Assembly (NCBI RefSeq): GCF_023055435.1 | Contig: NW_025963891.1 | Coordinates: 21,948,001-22,012,000 of the forward strand | Length of the DNA stretch: 64,000 bases | From: Haliotis rufescens | Taxonomy: Eukaryota | Direction of reading: 5' to 3' | In this document: positions 13,301-28,300 of the stretch, piece after piece | Layout: each line of letters begins with the position of its first letter | How positions within the stretch are numbered: the first letter of the stretch is position 1 | Program-made: the position numbers and the translations under genes | Notes under the pieces: generated by a model | The model's database searches: none | Told to the model about the DNA's origin: nothing | Seen by the model: the letters and a program-made list of their open reading frames with translations, nothing else

Positions 13301-16300
13301 GCGACTAACGGTATGGTAATGGTCAGACTCGCTGACTTGGTTGATGCATGTCATCGTGTCCCAATTGTGTGGATCGATGCTCATGATGTCAATCACTTGA
13401 TTGTCTGGTCCAGACTCGATTATTTGCCTCATATAGCTGGAACATAGCTGAGTGCGGCGTTAAACAACAAACAAAACATGTATGTATTTACTTCTGAAAG
13501 AGTTTGGTTCTCTTCATGAGATGTCAGTTGTCTTTAGAAAGTTTTTAAGTACTTTGATTTTTAATTTCACTTTTCAGTATCCTTGAAATGAATCCCAAAA
13601 CGTACACACACAAACATGACAAATGTTTATCATCAGCCATACAAAACCAAATCATAAATCATTCCTATCATGACACCACCATATCATTTTAAGAAAACAG
13701 GCTTCCAACATCAAACTCCTCTGTAAGAAACTCACTGAGCTGTACATATCAATATCTCAGCTTCATAGGCACAGACAACATAAACTCACTCAATTTCTCT
13801 TCCTTAAAAATATACTGTCATCTACAACAACATGGTTAAAAAGAAGATTTATTGCTGCAAAATGTCGCAGCATTCCTGAGTGACAGATGAATGAGCTCCA
13901 TCAGTGTTAAGCCTTTTCACAGAGTGATGTTTATAAACAATACTCAAGGTTTTGTTTACTTTCCATCGCCCAACATTTCACTCTCAGGGAGAATCATCCT
14001 GCAAGAATCAACTTTCTTGTCTTCCAACAGATTCTCAGACAAGATTAAGCTGTTTTGGTTTCTTAAATGACATTTCCGGATTGTTCGACTGTGTCATGAT
14101 CATATTAAAACTACATTTCAAAATCAGATATTAATTACCGGATACATCTAAAAAATTCTGTTAATAGGACTGGGCAGAGAACAAATCCATCACCACTGAA
14201 AGCCATGATGAATTTCTATTTACCAGAGCTCAGAGTCATTATTTAAAGATGTTTTCTACATTTTTTCGACTTTATCTTTTTCAATAGATTTTTGTTTGTT
14301 TGTTTGCTGTTAAACACCACAGTCAGCAGTATTCTGGCTGTATCATGGCAGCCAGTAAATAACTGATTGTGGGCAAGACAAAATTTTCAACAGAAAAGCA
14401 ACAACAAACATCACCTCCTGCACACCCATATCACATTTGTTAGTACCTACAGGTCCTAATATACTTTGAGTTTTTATTTATCAAATCTTGCATAAGAATC
14501 TCCAGTCTTACTCTATACTACTTCATGTAATTTCATGAACATTACTCCATACTGTATACAGTTGAACCTCGCTTATCCAGACAAATGCGTTTTTCAAATA
14601 TTGTGAATTTCACTGTTCAGATCCATAAAACAGATTTTCTGATATAAGAAGCATATTATGTATCATTTAATTTATATCCCATAAATATAGTCCATTAGGC
14701 AAAGTTTCCATTCATAAGTGGGTTCCTTTGTACTCCAGTACAGTGTGTGAAATAGTCGCCTACTCGGTAGCCCATGGCTCTCAAAATTTTGGCTTGACTT
14801 GAAGGTTCTATAAATGTCCCAAGCCTGACAGGCTACTGAGTATTTTAATAATCTCTTAGTTAATTCAAATACAAAAAGTCCTCCCATTTCTGTAGATGAA
14901 TATGACCATCAAACATATTTTTAAAATAAGAACATCTGTGACAAATCAATGTTGTGATATCAGAGTTATGGTAGCCTTGACTGTTGTCACTGTAGCACTG
15001 TGTTTTACAAACATGTTTTGATTGGTTGCAACTTGTAGTTTGATGGTTGTAATATGTAGTTTAACCAATCACAAGCTGTGTCCCTTAATAAACTGTCACA
15101 TTAACAAGCTAGTGAAATTGAAACTGACTAGTAACTTTTAAGGCTTTTAAAGCCCACCTGGCTAACAATATGTTTAGACTTTTTCACACACATAAGGTGT
15201 ATATATGTGTTTTAGAATCCTTCTGAGACTGCACTGAAACCAATGTGTAACCTATTTCAATCAACAAGTGTCAGTTCAGACGAAATGTTCTTTGCCAATT
15301 TACCTATCTTGCTTGGGAAGAAATCTAAATAGCTCCTGTTACTGGCATTGACCTGCAAGGAACTTGACAGCTTACATCGCCGGGCCACCATTGCAGGTAG
15401 ACCGTGTGATGATGGGAGGAAATGAACGTTCTTGCTGATGTAGCCATCTTGCTTGATATGAAATCTAAATAGCTTCTGTTAGGGGCATTGACCTGCTGTG
15501 AGCATGGCTGGGGCCACCACTGCAGGTAGACTGCATGAGGATGGAGGGATGGACACAGACAGGTGGTCCAGTCCACATACTTCTGTCCATCACTGACAGG
15601 CTGACCCTTGGGAAGCTGATTAGTTTGTTTATGTGTTTTATCTCCACCTCAGGATACACAACTATAGTGTTCAAGTCAAGGTGAATCTGTCACAAGAGTG
15701 GATTATTTGCCCCAAAAGGGTGGGTGTGGAGGTCGTCTTAGGTAAAGGGGAGGTAACTAGTCTAACAAGGTTATCTCCCTTGTTAAGCTAGCTTAGGTGT
15801 CATTACCCTATCATCCATGTTTTTTGTGCCATATCTAACACAGGTTCTCTCCAGAATCAGTACATCAATCACTGTGTCGGCAAGTCACTGCTGAACATAC
15901 AGCAAACACATGCCACATCACCCGAATGAATACATTTGTTGTCATATTCATGTGACCACATATTTGCAGTCTATTATGAAACTTATCAGGGCTTTGGTGC
16001 ATTGCCATACCTTGTGGGCATTTCTAAGATACAAAATGATGAAGTGTATCAGGAGGACATGTAAAACTGTTAAATTTATTGTGACATACTTTTCTGAAAG
16101 ATTGTACATAGTTTTCAAGCCAGTGCTATACTTCTAATTTACTCAAAGTTGCTTCATATATTTTGGTTGGGCCACTTTTAATACATCTTCTTAACATGAC
16201 AGGTGCCAGATCTTGTGCAGCAGATTGTAGATGACATTGTGACCTATCTATCAAGATTCATATCGTATCACAAGGAAGCCCTTCTTTACAACCGCAGTCA

Positions 16301-19300
16301 GTCATATTTTGCTGGGGTCTGTAGGTGTCTCACAAATGCCATTATGACCACATTATAATCAGCTCCTCAACACACAAGCATGGAGACCTATATATCTTTA
16401 GAATCCCCATGAGTGTCAGGACCAGATCTGTTCTTCAGTTGAACGAGTGAGTGAGTTTGGTTCAATGCCGATTTGAACTTTTTTCAGTTATATCACAGCA
16501 AGTCAGTTTGATGCAAGCAATGCCGATCTGGAGATACCCACAAGCATGGGTATATGCTGCTGACAAACCTAGAAATATAATCAGGAAAAACATGGGATTC
16601 GAACCCAAGTTTTCAACATGAAAGTGAATTATGGTGTCTATCCATGCCTTGGCAACTGTTTTTAAAAAGAAACAGCTACTGCCACAAAAACCGGTTCATA
16701 CTTTAGCATCTTCAACATTCTTTATCATCAACATTAACATTATTTCATTTCAGTGATAGTTCCATACTCTTAAACTATCTCAGTACTTCAAGTATCAATT
16801 TTGAAACATTAAAGGATAAAATATATACATCTTGAGCCCAGAAAGCATGTCTTGATCAGCAATGGAGATGGTATTATCACCATCAAATCATAAGTGATGG
16901 TGTTGATAAATCTCTGAGGATCATAATGTTATACACTCGTCTGGTGTCAGTCCCCCACAGTATACTTGACCTACAATGTTGGAGTACCAAGCATCTGTGT
17001 GTCTCTACAGCCAGCAGTATCAGGACACCATACCATATGCATCAGCTCATATACTAAAGGGCAGTCAGTGTATTCAAGGTTACCCACCCTTCAGGAAAAC
17101 GCGTTATTTTAACCTTGTACGGCTCATTTATTACTTTAAATTTGATTTTAATTTTCTGTTACAAGTTTCATTCTAATTTGAATGTATGTGTATAACACTG
17201 ATTACATTTTTTTTTAACAAATAAAAACAATTTACGCATATCGTATCTACTGGGTTTACTTACTTCATTGAGGACATATAACTGGTTATTTTTAACAGCT
17301 TCCTTAATGTTTGTAACAGCAATTCAGGGTTACTTCTTGCCCCTTCACCAGATAAAAAATAATTATTTTTTTAATAACAATTAAGAGGCTGAAGCAGCAC
17401 TCAAACACTGTTGAAAACAATAAAGATATAGTTATCCATAACGAGTTTCATGTCTTCAATTTGCCATTGGCATCAAATATGTATCTAATCATTCATAATG
17501 GAAATAGAACTTCTGACAGGCTCATATCTTCAAGAACCTTGTGTCCACAACTTTGGTCTGCACCATGGCCTGAAGAGGCCACAATTGTGTTTTCAAAGGC
17601 ATTTTAAATGCCTGGGTGGGATTTATTTTAACCATACACAAACAGTAACATCTCATATTTTAGTTTCCATGGTCACAGTTTTTGCTTAGTTGCTACTTGG
17701 AGGTGAAAAAGCGAGGAATGTTGTATCTGCCTTGTATCTAATAGGAAGAAAATAGCTGATGATTTTGTAAAAGAAGATTTATTTTTGATTGTTTTATAAA
17801 ATAATAATGTCCATGGAGATTTACTAGTGCATCTAACAACACGTACCCGGTATCTCCCGAACTCGCAGGCCAGGTCCAGCGGTGTCTTCTGCTCCTTGGT
17901 GGCCATGATGGGGTCGGCATGGTGAAGCAACAACAGATTGGTCTGCAAGGCAAGCAACACACTTCTCAGTACTGCTTGCACAACAAGCGTGGATACAGCT
18001 TTTTGAAATGAAATATCTATTCTGAGATCACAAATAAATATACAAGTGTTAGATGCAAGCAAATACTCGCAAAGCAAAAAGCATTTGACAGATATAGTAT
18101 GTTAGTTGAAACCATATCCCCAAAGTTAGTCATAATGTGGACAACATTAACATTTAATAAAAATATCACCTATAAAAATGTGAAATGTCTAGCTTTCTTC
18201 ACCTCCCCACTCAACAGCACAGCCAAATCTGGATCTATGTATGTTTTATTATACAATACCTACCATCCAATTGGAGAAATAGGGCATCTATTTGTGGATA
18301 TGAGATTACAATATGTCAGAATAATTTGTCTTGTAAAATCATTTATAAAAAGGAAACTTTCTTTAATAATTTCAGCAACATTATTTAATAAAAAATATTA
18401 TGTATGAATATTTAATCTACGATAAGTTCAACCGAGGATTTCACCCTCGAGTCTTCAGATAGTCATGAACCAGTCAAGATCCACACATTGTGCCAGCACC
18501 AGACAGCAGTTAGTGAAGCAGACACTCCCGCTGACCTGTTGACTCTATAGATGACCTGATGGCACTTCAGACTGACCTGACTAAAGGTTGTCAAGGCCTG
18601 ACACTGTAGGTGTCTGTCTGCAGGCTGTGAATGCACATGTTCCTCTCAGAACACCTGGGCCGGCATTCCTTGTTTACAGGCACACATCTCACAGAGGCTG
18701 CGCTGTATAAGCATGATGCAGTCACCAGCGCTCATAACAGGCAGTAGGGTAGCCTAGTGGGCTCATCTCTCCAAAGCCCTGGGTTTGATTCCCCACATGG
18801 GTGCAACGTGTCAAGATCATTTCTGTGACCCCCTTCTGCGATATTGTGATACAGGGGCATAACACCATACTCACTCACGATAAGCTGAATAGTTAATACT
18901 TTAGAAACGTATGCATGAATGAATGGTTTTGTGCCCCAGCCTTATCACAGCGGTCTTCAATAAATGAACCTTGGCCAGTTGACTGCATGAGCAATATTCC
19001 CTGCCCTCAGGGTACAATGTCATAATCAGCCAGTTCGCACACTGTAATCACGCAAATTTCAAAAGTCGGCCTTAAAACCGAAAACTGTGTAACCATCAGT
19101 ATAATATCACTTTTTCATCACTATATAACATTTTCATTTTCCATTAAGAAATGTGACCATCTCCAAGTTATGCTACTGAATGTTCGCAAGGAAATCTCTT
19201 GTTTAATTTTTTGCTTTTATGATTCTGTTTTTGAATGCAGAGGTTATTCTAAAATATATCAATGAAGCACTTGATAGGCACTTAGAAGTTGTTATCCATA

Positions 19301-22300
19301 AAAATGTGTCATGTATTTATGTCAATGTGTCAAAAAAACACAAGAAAGAATCTAAAGTAGTTAGCAATAATATTCTGTGATAAGTGATCAATCGAAGTTA
19401 GATAAGAGTTAATGATTTCACAAAATGGCCAATTTTTGGTGAATGCAGTAGTATTACGCAGACAGTGAGGTGAGGTGAGGTGAGGTGAAATGGGATTGAA
19501 TTTTCAAAGCGACTTGCATGCATGTGCAAGTGAGCGTACTAGTGCAGAATAATGCCAATCAGGCAGGGTAACAACAAGTACCATCTTTTAACGTCTCTTG
19601 GTATGACGCGGTAGGAGCTCAAACCCGGACTTCCGCTCTCCGGGAGGACACTCTACCACTAGACCACAGAGGCAGTCCGCAGACAGTGAGTCAGTATAAC
19701 CCCTTAAACTATCCCTGCTATAAATCACATAACAGTTGTAATCTACTAACCCATTTCTACAAAGGAACATCACCATGTTTTTACACACTGGAAACCCAAA
19801 TATTGAAGCAAGCTGTCAAGCCAGCTATCTAAACAGAAGCCAGCACTCATCAACTGGAGGTTACCCTGAAGCTCTCTCCACCCTGCCCCATCCCCTCAGA
19901 GCAGGATTACCATGATCGGTGGAGTACCCTGAACCACTTCAAGTCCAACAGCAGTAATCCCACCAAAGGACATGGCACTCTGATTTGGGTTTTGATCTCT
20001 CTGTTTACACCTCAATCGGCAAAGAGTTACTTCGGGCAGGGGGGAGAACTTTGATTGTTGGAAGTATGTGCATGACTCCAGTGATGATGGAGATGTGACA
20101 TATCATCTGATAGGTTACCTCACTCTGGGCCGCACTTTCCAGAAGTCATATTTCACTGAACAGGTCTTAAAGGGGGATTGTGCTCCACAGTTTACAGAGA
20201 CAGCCAAATAGCTTAAGCCTAGGTTGCCTTTAAATCAAGGTCAGTTCTGTGGCTAACAATGAGCATATATTTTATAATCTACTTCATCCTCATACCAACG
20301 TCTTGAATGCCTGAGACCAAACTACTAAATCTACACATCACACACAGATTGGTGAGCAATGAGTGCATGTTGTTTCACACTGTCATACACTGTAACCTAC
20401 CGATCTTAATGTCTCTGCTGAGGGCAAGCAAGAGATGCTGGTGACAGGTTCTTCCCCTCAATCCCCAAGATCTTATACCTTAATAAACACCTCATCCTTG
20501 TAGTGTCCTTCATATATAGCGATCAGAAGGACACAAAGAGGAGCTGCAGAGGAGGGCTAGTCCTATGAGTTAGCTAGCAAGTCAGTGAATGTTGTTTGAC
20601 AGCAATCATACAGCAATACAATGGAAGACCTGTATATCTGGGTCTATCAAACCGGCAGTTTAACATGAATACCCCACTCAGACATACCCCCCTGTTTTAG
20701 CCTCTTAATGCCGAGCGCCAGACAGGGTAACAACAAGTACCATCTGTTAACGTCTTTTGGTATGATGCGGCCGGGGATCGAACCCTGGACCTTCACTCTC
20801 CGGGCAGACGCTCTACCCCTAGACCATGGAAGCGGTCTAGTATAAGAGGTAGTAGGATCCTATTCTATATAAATCATCAATATGAGTACTCACCACATCG
20901 ACATGGCCATGTTGACAAGCCAGACTGAGGGGTGACTCCCCATTCTCTGCCTGCAGGTTGACCGGAGACCCTTTCTGCAGCAGGATGTGGACTGGTTGCG
21001 ACTTCCCTTGCCATGTTGCATAGTGCAGGGGAATCATACCTATCAACACAATCAACAGCAACAAACTATCAGACCAAGAAACTGTTATTTAAGGGGTGTG
21101 AATCATTTTGCTATTGAAACACTGCCATTTTGTTGAGTCTAGTGGTCCCTCATATCTTTCTGAGGCAAGGGAGTTAAGTGACAAAAATCCAGTTTCCACC
21201 CTTGGAATCATGGAGCTATATTTTGGCTGGACTAATGAGTCTATGATAGATATTTTCCAAATCTTTTTATGTTTTTAAACAAGGAGATAAAGTGATTTGA
21301 TGCACTTTGCGAAGTAAGGCCATTTTTATTACAATATAGAGTTTGATTATTGATCAGATCGTCTTGACTGAGCACCGTTATTTTGTTTGAAGCAAATGTA
21401 AGTGATATGAAAGGTGGAATCTGATTGGTCAATAGAAGGGACATTACTCGTAAAAGCCACTGCCATGGTGACACTATGATAGAGCTCAGAAATTTGAGCC
21501 TAGTTCAGCAAGGGTGGAAACAGGATTTTTATAGTCAGTTAACTCCCTTGCCTAGGGAAGATAACAAGCAGATCCTGTTGGCGCAATAGGATCCTTATCC
21601 TACCTCGGTCTTCATGTTCCAGTAATGTTAATCTGTGTTTCAGGGACAAGCCTGTGACATTTATCCATCTCTGATACATCCCAAAATGAACAATTTACAA
21701 CTACTAAGAGCTATATATTTCATTGTTCAGTTTACTGACATACAGAAGCTTTCACATTCATAAAAGGTCCACGTGGTCACCCTAATGATTAATCTTACTA
21801 AAACACAACCGGGCAAAGTTTTTTTGTTTTGTCTAAAAGCGGTGGTTCTATTCTGATATAAGAATCAGAGTACTGAATTGCCTACCTTAATCAACAGAAC
21901 ATGGCTGAACCAAATTCAATACATGATGCTGCAGTGATAATGACATCATATTTGAGTGACATTTTTATCACATGGTATATGATATGACAGCAAATTGACA
22001 AAAAAACAGACATATGAACATTTCAAACAAGTTCTTATCAACAAGCTGTTTTGGATTTCAAACAGATTGTGAAATACTATGAGGCGAGTTAATGTTTCAG
22101 GTCTAAGTTTATACTAAAAGTTACATTAATCAATCTGTGAAATATCTAAATGGGCTGAAGAGGATATCATACGCACTTCATATGAAATTTGTAAAAAAAA
22201 AAACCTTTTTATTTTAATTTAATTTATATTTTCGTAATCTACAACCACAAACCCAAAGTCTGAAATGCCTAACTAAAGCAGCTTTATCATGTCATATTAT

Positions 22301-25300
22301 ACAAAAAATTAAACATCAAGATTTAATTTACTATTTTCCAACATATACAACATTTCAATTTATATCCTAACTTCCACAAGGATAAACCTTGCCCTTTAAT
22401 GGTGCAAAAAGCATGCAAACCTCGGAAAGCATATTACATAAACGATTTGGAACTGCCCTGTCAGAAATATGAGGAATCATATCTATGAATGTTTTTTCTC
22501 CCTCACACACACAAACTAAGATAACCTCCCTTTAATCTCTGGCACAGGAAGTGGGTATCTGGTCACATATCCTCCATCAAACCCTCCCCCGCCCCCACAT
22601 GTGAGTCACACCTACATCCCTGGCACTATTACAGAACAAGCTACTTTGATCCCTCATTTTTACATATCCTATTCAAAACAACTATAATAGAAGGTAAAAC
22701 GAGCCTGGTTAAATGTCAAAGGCTTTAATCATCATTATTGATTAGTTCTGGTGTTGTCAATCTCATATCAAATTAGTTTTTTACTACTGACAAAAATGAC
22801 TTTTAGAATGAGTCATGTTAGACTTGCTACTGATTATTTACAGGTGGGACCATGTACCTCAAGTAACAAGACAACATGTTCCTTTATCAAAGGGAGGCAA
22901 TTCTTGCCTCGAATCTTATTGCTGACATGGTCCAACATAAACCATAAAATCCTCTCACAATTTCATGTCTATTGACATGATGCAGAATACTATCATGGAG
23001 ATAAGACTCTTGTTTTCTTCTTAAACTATTGTCTAACAATAATCACTCTGAAAAAACAGTGTTCTTCATGGACATAATATTTTACCCAAACTGTTCATAT
23101 AAGGTCAGATGTATATCACAAGACAAGATAATACTGGCTGCCCATGGGGAAATTCTTCATACCTCAGGAGTGAGACACATGCTAGCACAACATATGAAGA
23201 CAGTAACAACATAAAGATTTGAGACTTCTTAATATAAGCCAATCAGCAAAATAGGACAAGGTAGTGATTTAGCACTTCCTTGTAAGTAATTCTTTGTTCA
23301 ATTGTAACATAAACAAATAGTATCATGATACAGAACAGTTTTTTTTTAGTTCAGCTAGTGTTACCTTTGTTGTCTTGGAGTAAGGTATTGGTGACACTGA
23401 TATTTGACCTCAGTTAGTGTTACTACTGTTGTCTTTGAGTAAAGTATAGGTTATATTGATATTGATACAACTCTACAAATTTTACCTTTGTTGTCACGGA
23501 GTTCCGTGGAGGCTCCGCTATCCACCAGTAGCTGAATGACGTCAGTATTGCCCATGAGCGCCGCCTGGTGGAGTGCGGACATGCTGCAAAGACAGATGGA
23601 ACATACTAAATAATTGACTTCTTCTGTATAATCACAGTTTTCACAACAAACTTCTTGACATATATATATATATAACATTCATATGTTCTATCATAACCAG
23701 TACTATTAAGTCCCACAATCAGAACACTCTCCAAAAGATAGTGGTGACAGTTATGTCTGATGAACAATACTGAAACTGTTTGACATCACAAAAAATGTGG
23801 GAATACGGCATGGGCATCTATCCATCAACTGAAAACAAAGAGAATCCAACCCAATCCACTCCATATATGTACAGGGGGCACGGGTGGCCCAGTCGTCTAA
23901 GGCGTCGCGATTCGCTGTGCAGAGTTGCGTCCCTTGGGCCACCAGAAACCTATGATTGTGGGTTCGAATCCCGGTTCGCCCCAATTATGTTTCTAGGTTA
24001 GTCAGCACCGTACCCGTGCTCGTGGGTTTCATCGAAGTGGTAGACGCCTGAGACCTGCATCACTTCGGGCTTTCCTCCCGCATTAAGCTGACACGCCGGG
24101 ATATAACTGGAATACTGTTAAAAGCGGCATTAAACCCAACTCACTCACTCACCATATATGTACATGATGTAAAGTTGACTTTCAAATGAAATGAAGAAAA
24201 CTATTCCCAATACAATCTAATCCATTCCATTCACTGAACATCCTCTATTCTCCAGTGTATCATATCTCCATTTTATCATGACAAATACCCTGGATCCATC
24301 TGCCACCATAGCACCAACTCCATTAACCAATCCAAATGATTTTGAACAAAACTTGGTATAGTTGGTTGGTTGGTTTGGTTGTTTAACGCCGCACTCAGCA
24401 ATATTACAGCTATATGACGGCGGTCTATAAATAATTGAGTCTGGACCAGACAATCCAGTGATTGACATCATGAGCATTGATCCACGTAATTGGGATTGAT
24501 GACATGCATCAACCAAGTCAGCGAGCCTGACCACCCGATCCCGTTAGTCGCCTTTTACGACAAGCATAAACTTTGTATAGATTAACATTCATTGTTGCAT
24601 GCCCTGTCATTGATAAAGTATTACCTGTGAAGAAAATGTTTTTCTGATTATTAAGATAGGGAGAGGAAAGTCCCTATGCTTTTCCCAGCTGCTGGCAGCA
24701 AGACAAAAACCAGTGTAATTTGATTGGTAGGTTATGGAAAGATTTATGTTTGTTTGCTTGTTGCTTAACACCCCACTCAGCAATATTCCAGCATTATGAC
24801 GAGTCTGGACCAAACAATCCAGTGGTTGACATCACGAGCATCAATCTACGCAATTGGGATATGATGGCATACATCAACCAAGTCAGCGAGTCTGACCTCC
24901 CAATCCATATAGTCACCTCTTACGACAAGCATAGTGTCCATTTTGACAAGCATGGTCACTGAAGACCAGCTTCATGTCATTCAAATAGGACGAAACTATG
25001 GCAGTGAATGGGTCCAGGGTATTTATTATATCAGAAGTGAGATAATATACCCTGGATAATTGAGGATGATCACAATTGAAACAATCCTGTACCATACTTT
25101 GATAAAATGTTTGCAATGTCACAAACATGCAATCCTATAACCTTCAATGTATTGTGACCAGAAACATGGACATGTGCTCTACCATACAACCATTGATCCT
25201 CAGGACATGCATGACAAGTAGTCCATCAAGAGTTGTTTCCCTTTCTAACAAAATGTTTTTCTCCTCTATTTCCCCCTGCTATATCCAATTTATGCTTCTC

Positions 25301-28300
25301 ATGTATTCCTGCGTGGAGCCACATGGGAGCCAACTACTATTGGTGTTCTGATGCTAAAATCGGACACAGGAATCACATTATTTACCTTCTTCCATTACAA
25401 CTGTGTATGCAGATAAAACAAATATTTACTGAATGCACATCCATGGATTATTGTCAGTAGAAGATTAAAAGCCTGCTCTGAATCTCTGCTTAGATGTGCA
25501 GGGAATAATAAGATCAAATACTGGCAATCTTCACTCCATTTCTACACATCAAACGAGAACCTAGGCCACAAGCTAATACTCTAGCAAAAGTGATCGCAGA
25601 TAATACCTGTATGGGATCTCAATAATACTTGCCTGCATCCATTTGTCAAAGATATTCACGTTTTAACTACCCTGAACATTTTATGATCCCTACTACATAT
25701 TTACTCAGGCCCAATACATTAATTTAGCCAATTATGAAATGAGATCTTGCATACCGATGTTATAGGATGAATATCATGTCTTACTTATCTGTGAAACGTA
25801 TTCCCATTTAAGGTATAAATTTCTCCCCATGTTGCAAGGTACTTTTCAAGACCGTCAGTTAATGATAAATCTGCTAAACTCTGAAAATCCTGATATGATC
25901 CATGCTGTTTCTATATTCTTAAAACATGTCTTTATAATGGACCTTGATGTCTAAATTACTGAATAAAAAGTCTGTCTGTCTGTCTGTCTGGCTGGCTATA
26001 CAAACTAAACCATTATGATGATGTCAGGCTATTGTTGCTGCAGCTGATTCCAGCCCATGAAGTCACTCAACATTCTGTACATGTTACACAAGTAAAATTG
26101 ATGCAACTATTAGTCAGCATGAAAAATCATAGAGAAATTGTATATCAACCATAACATGGTTTAAACAGAGATTGTTCATTCTAGGAATGATAAAATACAT
26201 TTTCATTCTTGATGAAATACATTGACACCAAAAAGCACATACTTTAATCATTAAAACAAGGGGTGGTGGGGCAGTCTTATGGTTAAAGCATTCGCTCATC
26301 TTGCCAAAGTCCCGGGTTTCATTCCCCACTTTGGTACAATGTGTGAAGCCCATTTCTGGTGCCCCCACACTAAGGTAAATCCTGGAATATTGCTAAAACA
26401 GTGAAAAAACACACTCACACTCACAATTTACATCCTACCGAATGTAATAAATATTAAGTCACTGTCTTGACACTGTACACCCCTGAAGACAAGGCAGTAG
26501 CTAGTTCATGTATTTTGCACATCATGACTGAAATAGGATATTTGTATCCCCCACATGTAACAACCTATGTAAACAGTTCTATAAGTAGCGCAGTAAGCAA
26601 ACATCTTAAATACTGTTCCCTATCACTACAGGTGCTGCAGTGTGACAGGGAGCTCCTACTGCAGGGATATACTACTGTGTCAGGGAACTGCTGCATGGTC
26701 TGAACTACGCCATGTGGCAAAAGTCAGATATCCAGATGAAGCCTAAAATGTTCTTTTTACACGGCTGTCAGAACTAGGTGGCTTGGGAGTCACCACAGCT
26801 ACACAATAGTTTCGTTACTGTAAGCTTAACACATTAGTGGTCGGCCTTTTGAGTCTTCAGTATTTCAGTTATATGTGTCAGACTAGCGGCCTATGACTTT
26901 TTTTCCTGTTAACCTGACTATATCTCTGTTATTGGAGTATTACTAGACTAACATCTAGTCTCTGAAATGAACATATCGTACAGAAAAAAAAATATTTGTT
27001 AAATTATCTTAATAAAACTTTAATAAAAGGAGCCCAGAGGCTCTCTTCATCCTGATACTGCAGAAATCTAGACTTGCCAAACATTATAGACTTGCACGGG
27101 CGAATTCTTTGAATTATTTTAAATATTTGTATCTGTAAGACCTGTAGTCCACACTGAGTTAAGGCAGTAAATTTTAATGGTTCTATCACCATGTGAGTGG
27201 GTGCATCATGACTTCAGTTACCATAGACTCAATACTTTTTTAAATTTTTGTACCACCTGAGGCAGGGAAAGATGAAAAAGCCTCGCTTAAAGAAATATTG
27301 CCTACGTCAAAGGTTTCCTCCAACTGCTTCAGTTAATGGCTTCATGAGTCGGGTTAAATGTAAGCAAAAGAGACAGTACAATAAAAATATGTAAATATAA
27401 CACAAGAATTTCTCATTCGCCTGAAGCATACCTTAAAATAGGCCGATTGCTTAGGGCAAGTCCCTACATCTAATATTCTCCCCGTATTATACACCTGATC
27501 AGGCAAATGCTTAGAAAATTGAGTTCTTGGCTCGCTGACTGAAAGAGGTCATATTTTCAAAGTAGGCACTTTCCAGCAAGTTAATTACCCTCCTGACTGG
27601 AGGAACACTCTTCTATAGACATGTACACTCAACATACGACACTATGGCCGCTGTGTGGGGCAAAGGGTCGGCACCAACACAAACACCCCTTTAATGGTTT
27701 CTTGAACAAGTGTAACAATAAACATTTAAGAGTCATTTCGACCACATCAATCAAGATGGAGTGAATATGAAAAGTCTCAAGCAATGTTATCATACTTCCA
27801 TGTCAGTATGATGAGATCTGATTGGTCCATGTGATCTGGATAAAATACTATGTATCCCACCTCGGAGGGAAATAAATTTCTCAGCGGGATAATATATCAC
27901 TTATACTCCGCCACCAACATGTCATGCTGCACGTGGATTTCTGAAAGGCATAATAAATCCCTTATACACCATGTACACATGCTTTTTCAGAGTCAATGAA
28001 AGTCACGTGACATAGCACAAGTTCACCTCAGTTCAATCGAACAGCTGTTTTCTATCAATTTTGAATTTGCTTTAATTCTTTTACAATGTCCTACTCAAAC
28101 ATGTCAATAAGATAAATTCGTTGTAGCAGTATCACTCAAAGATACATGTGCTTTTATGCATCCCTCGTTAGGTTTTACACCGCTCATCTCCGGCTCGTGG
28201 TATAAAACCTAACATGGGAGGCATATTACCCCATGTACCCCTCGTGATACCACTACAACTTATATTGGAAACAACACGACGAAAGTCGAGGGATGTTGTA

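Noticed and set aside
14558-14650. Tc1/mariner-like terminus TA-CAGTTGAACCTCGCTTATCC
   Set aside because: Only one end found and no transposase remnant; too fragmentary to delimit.
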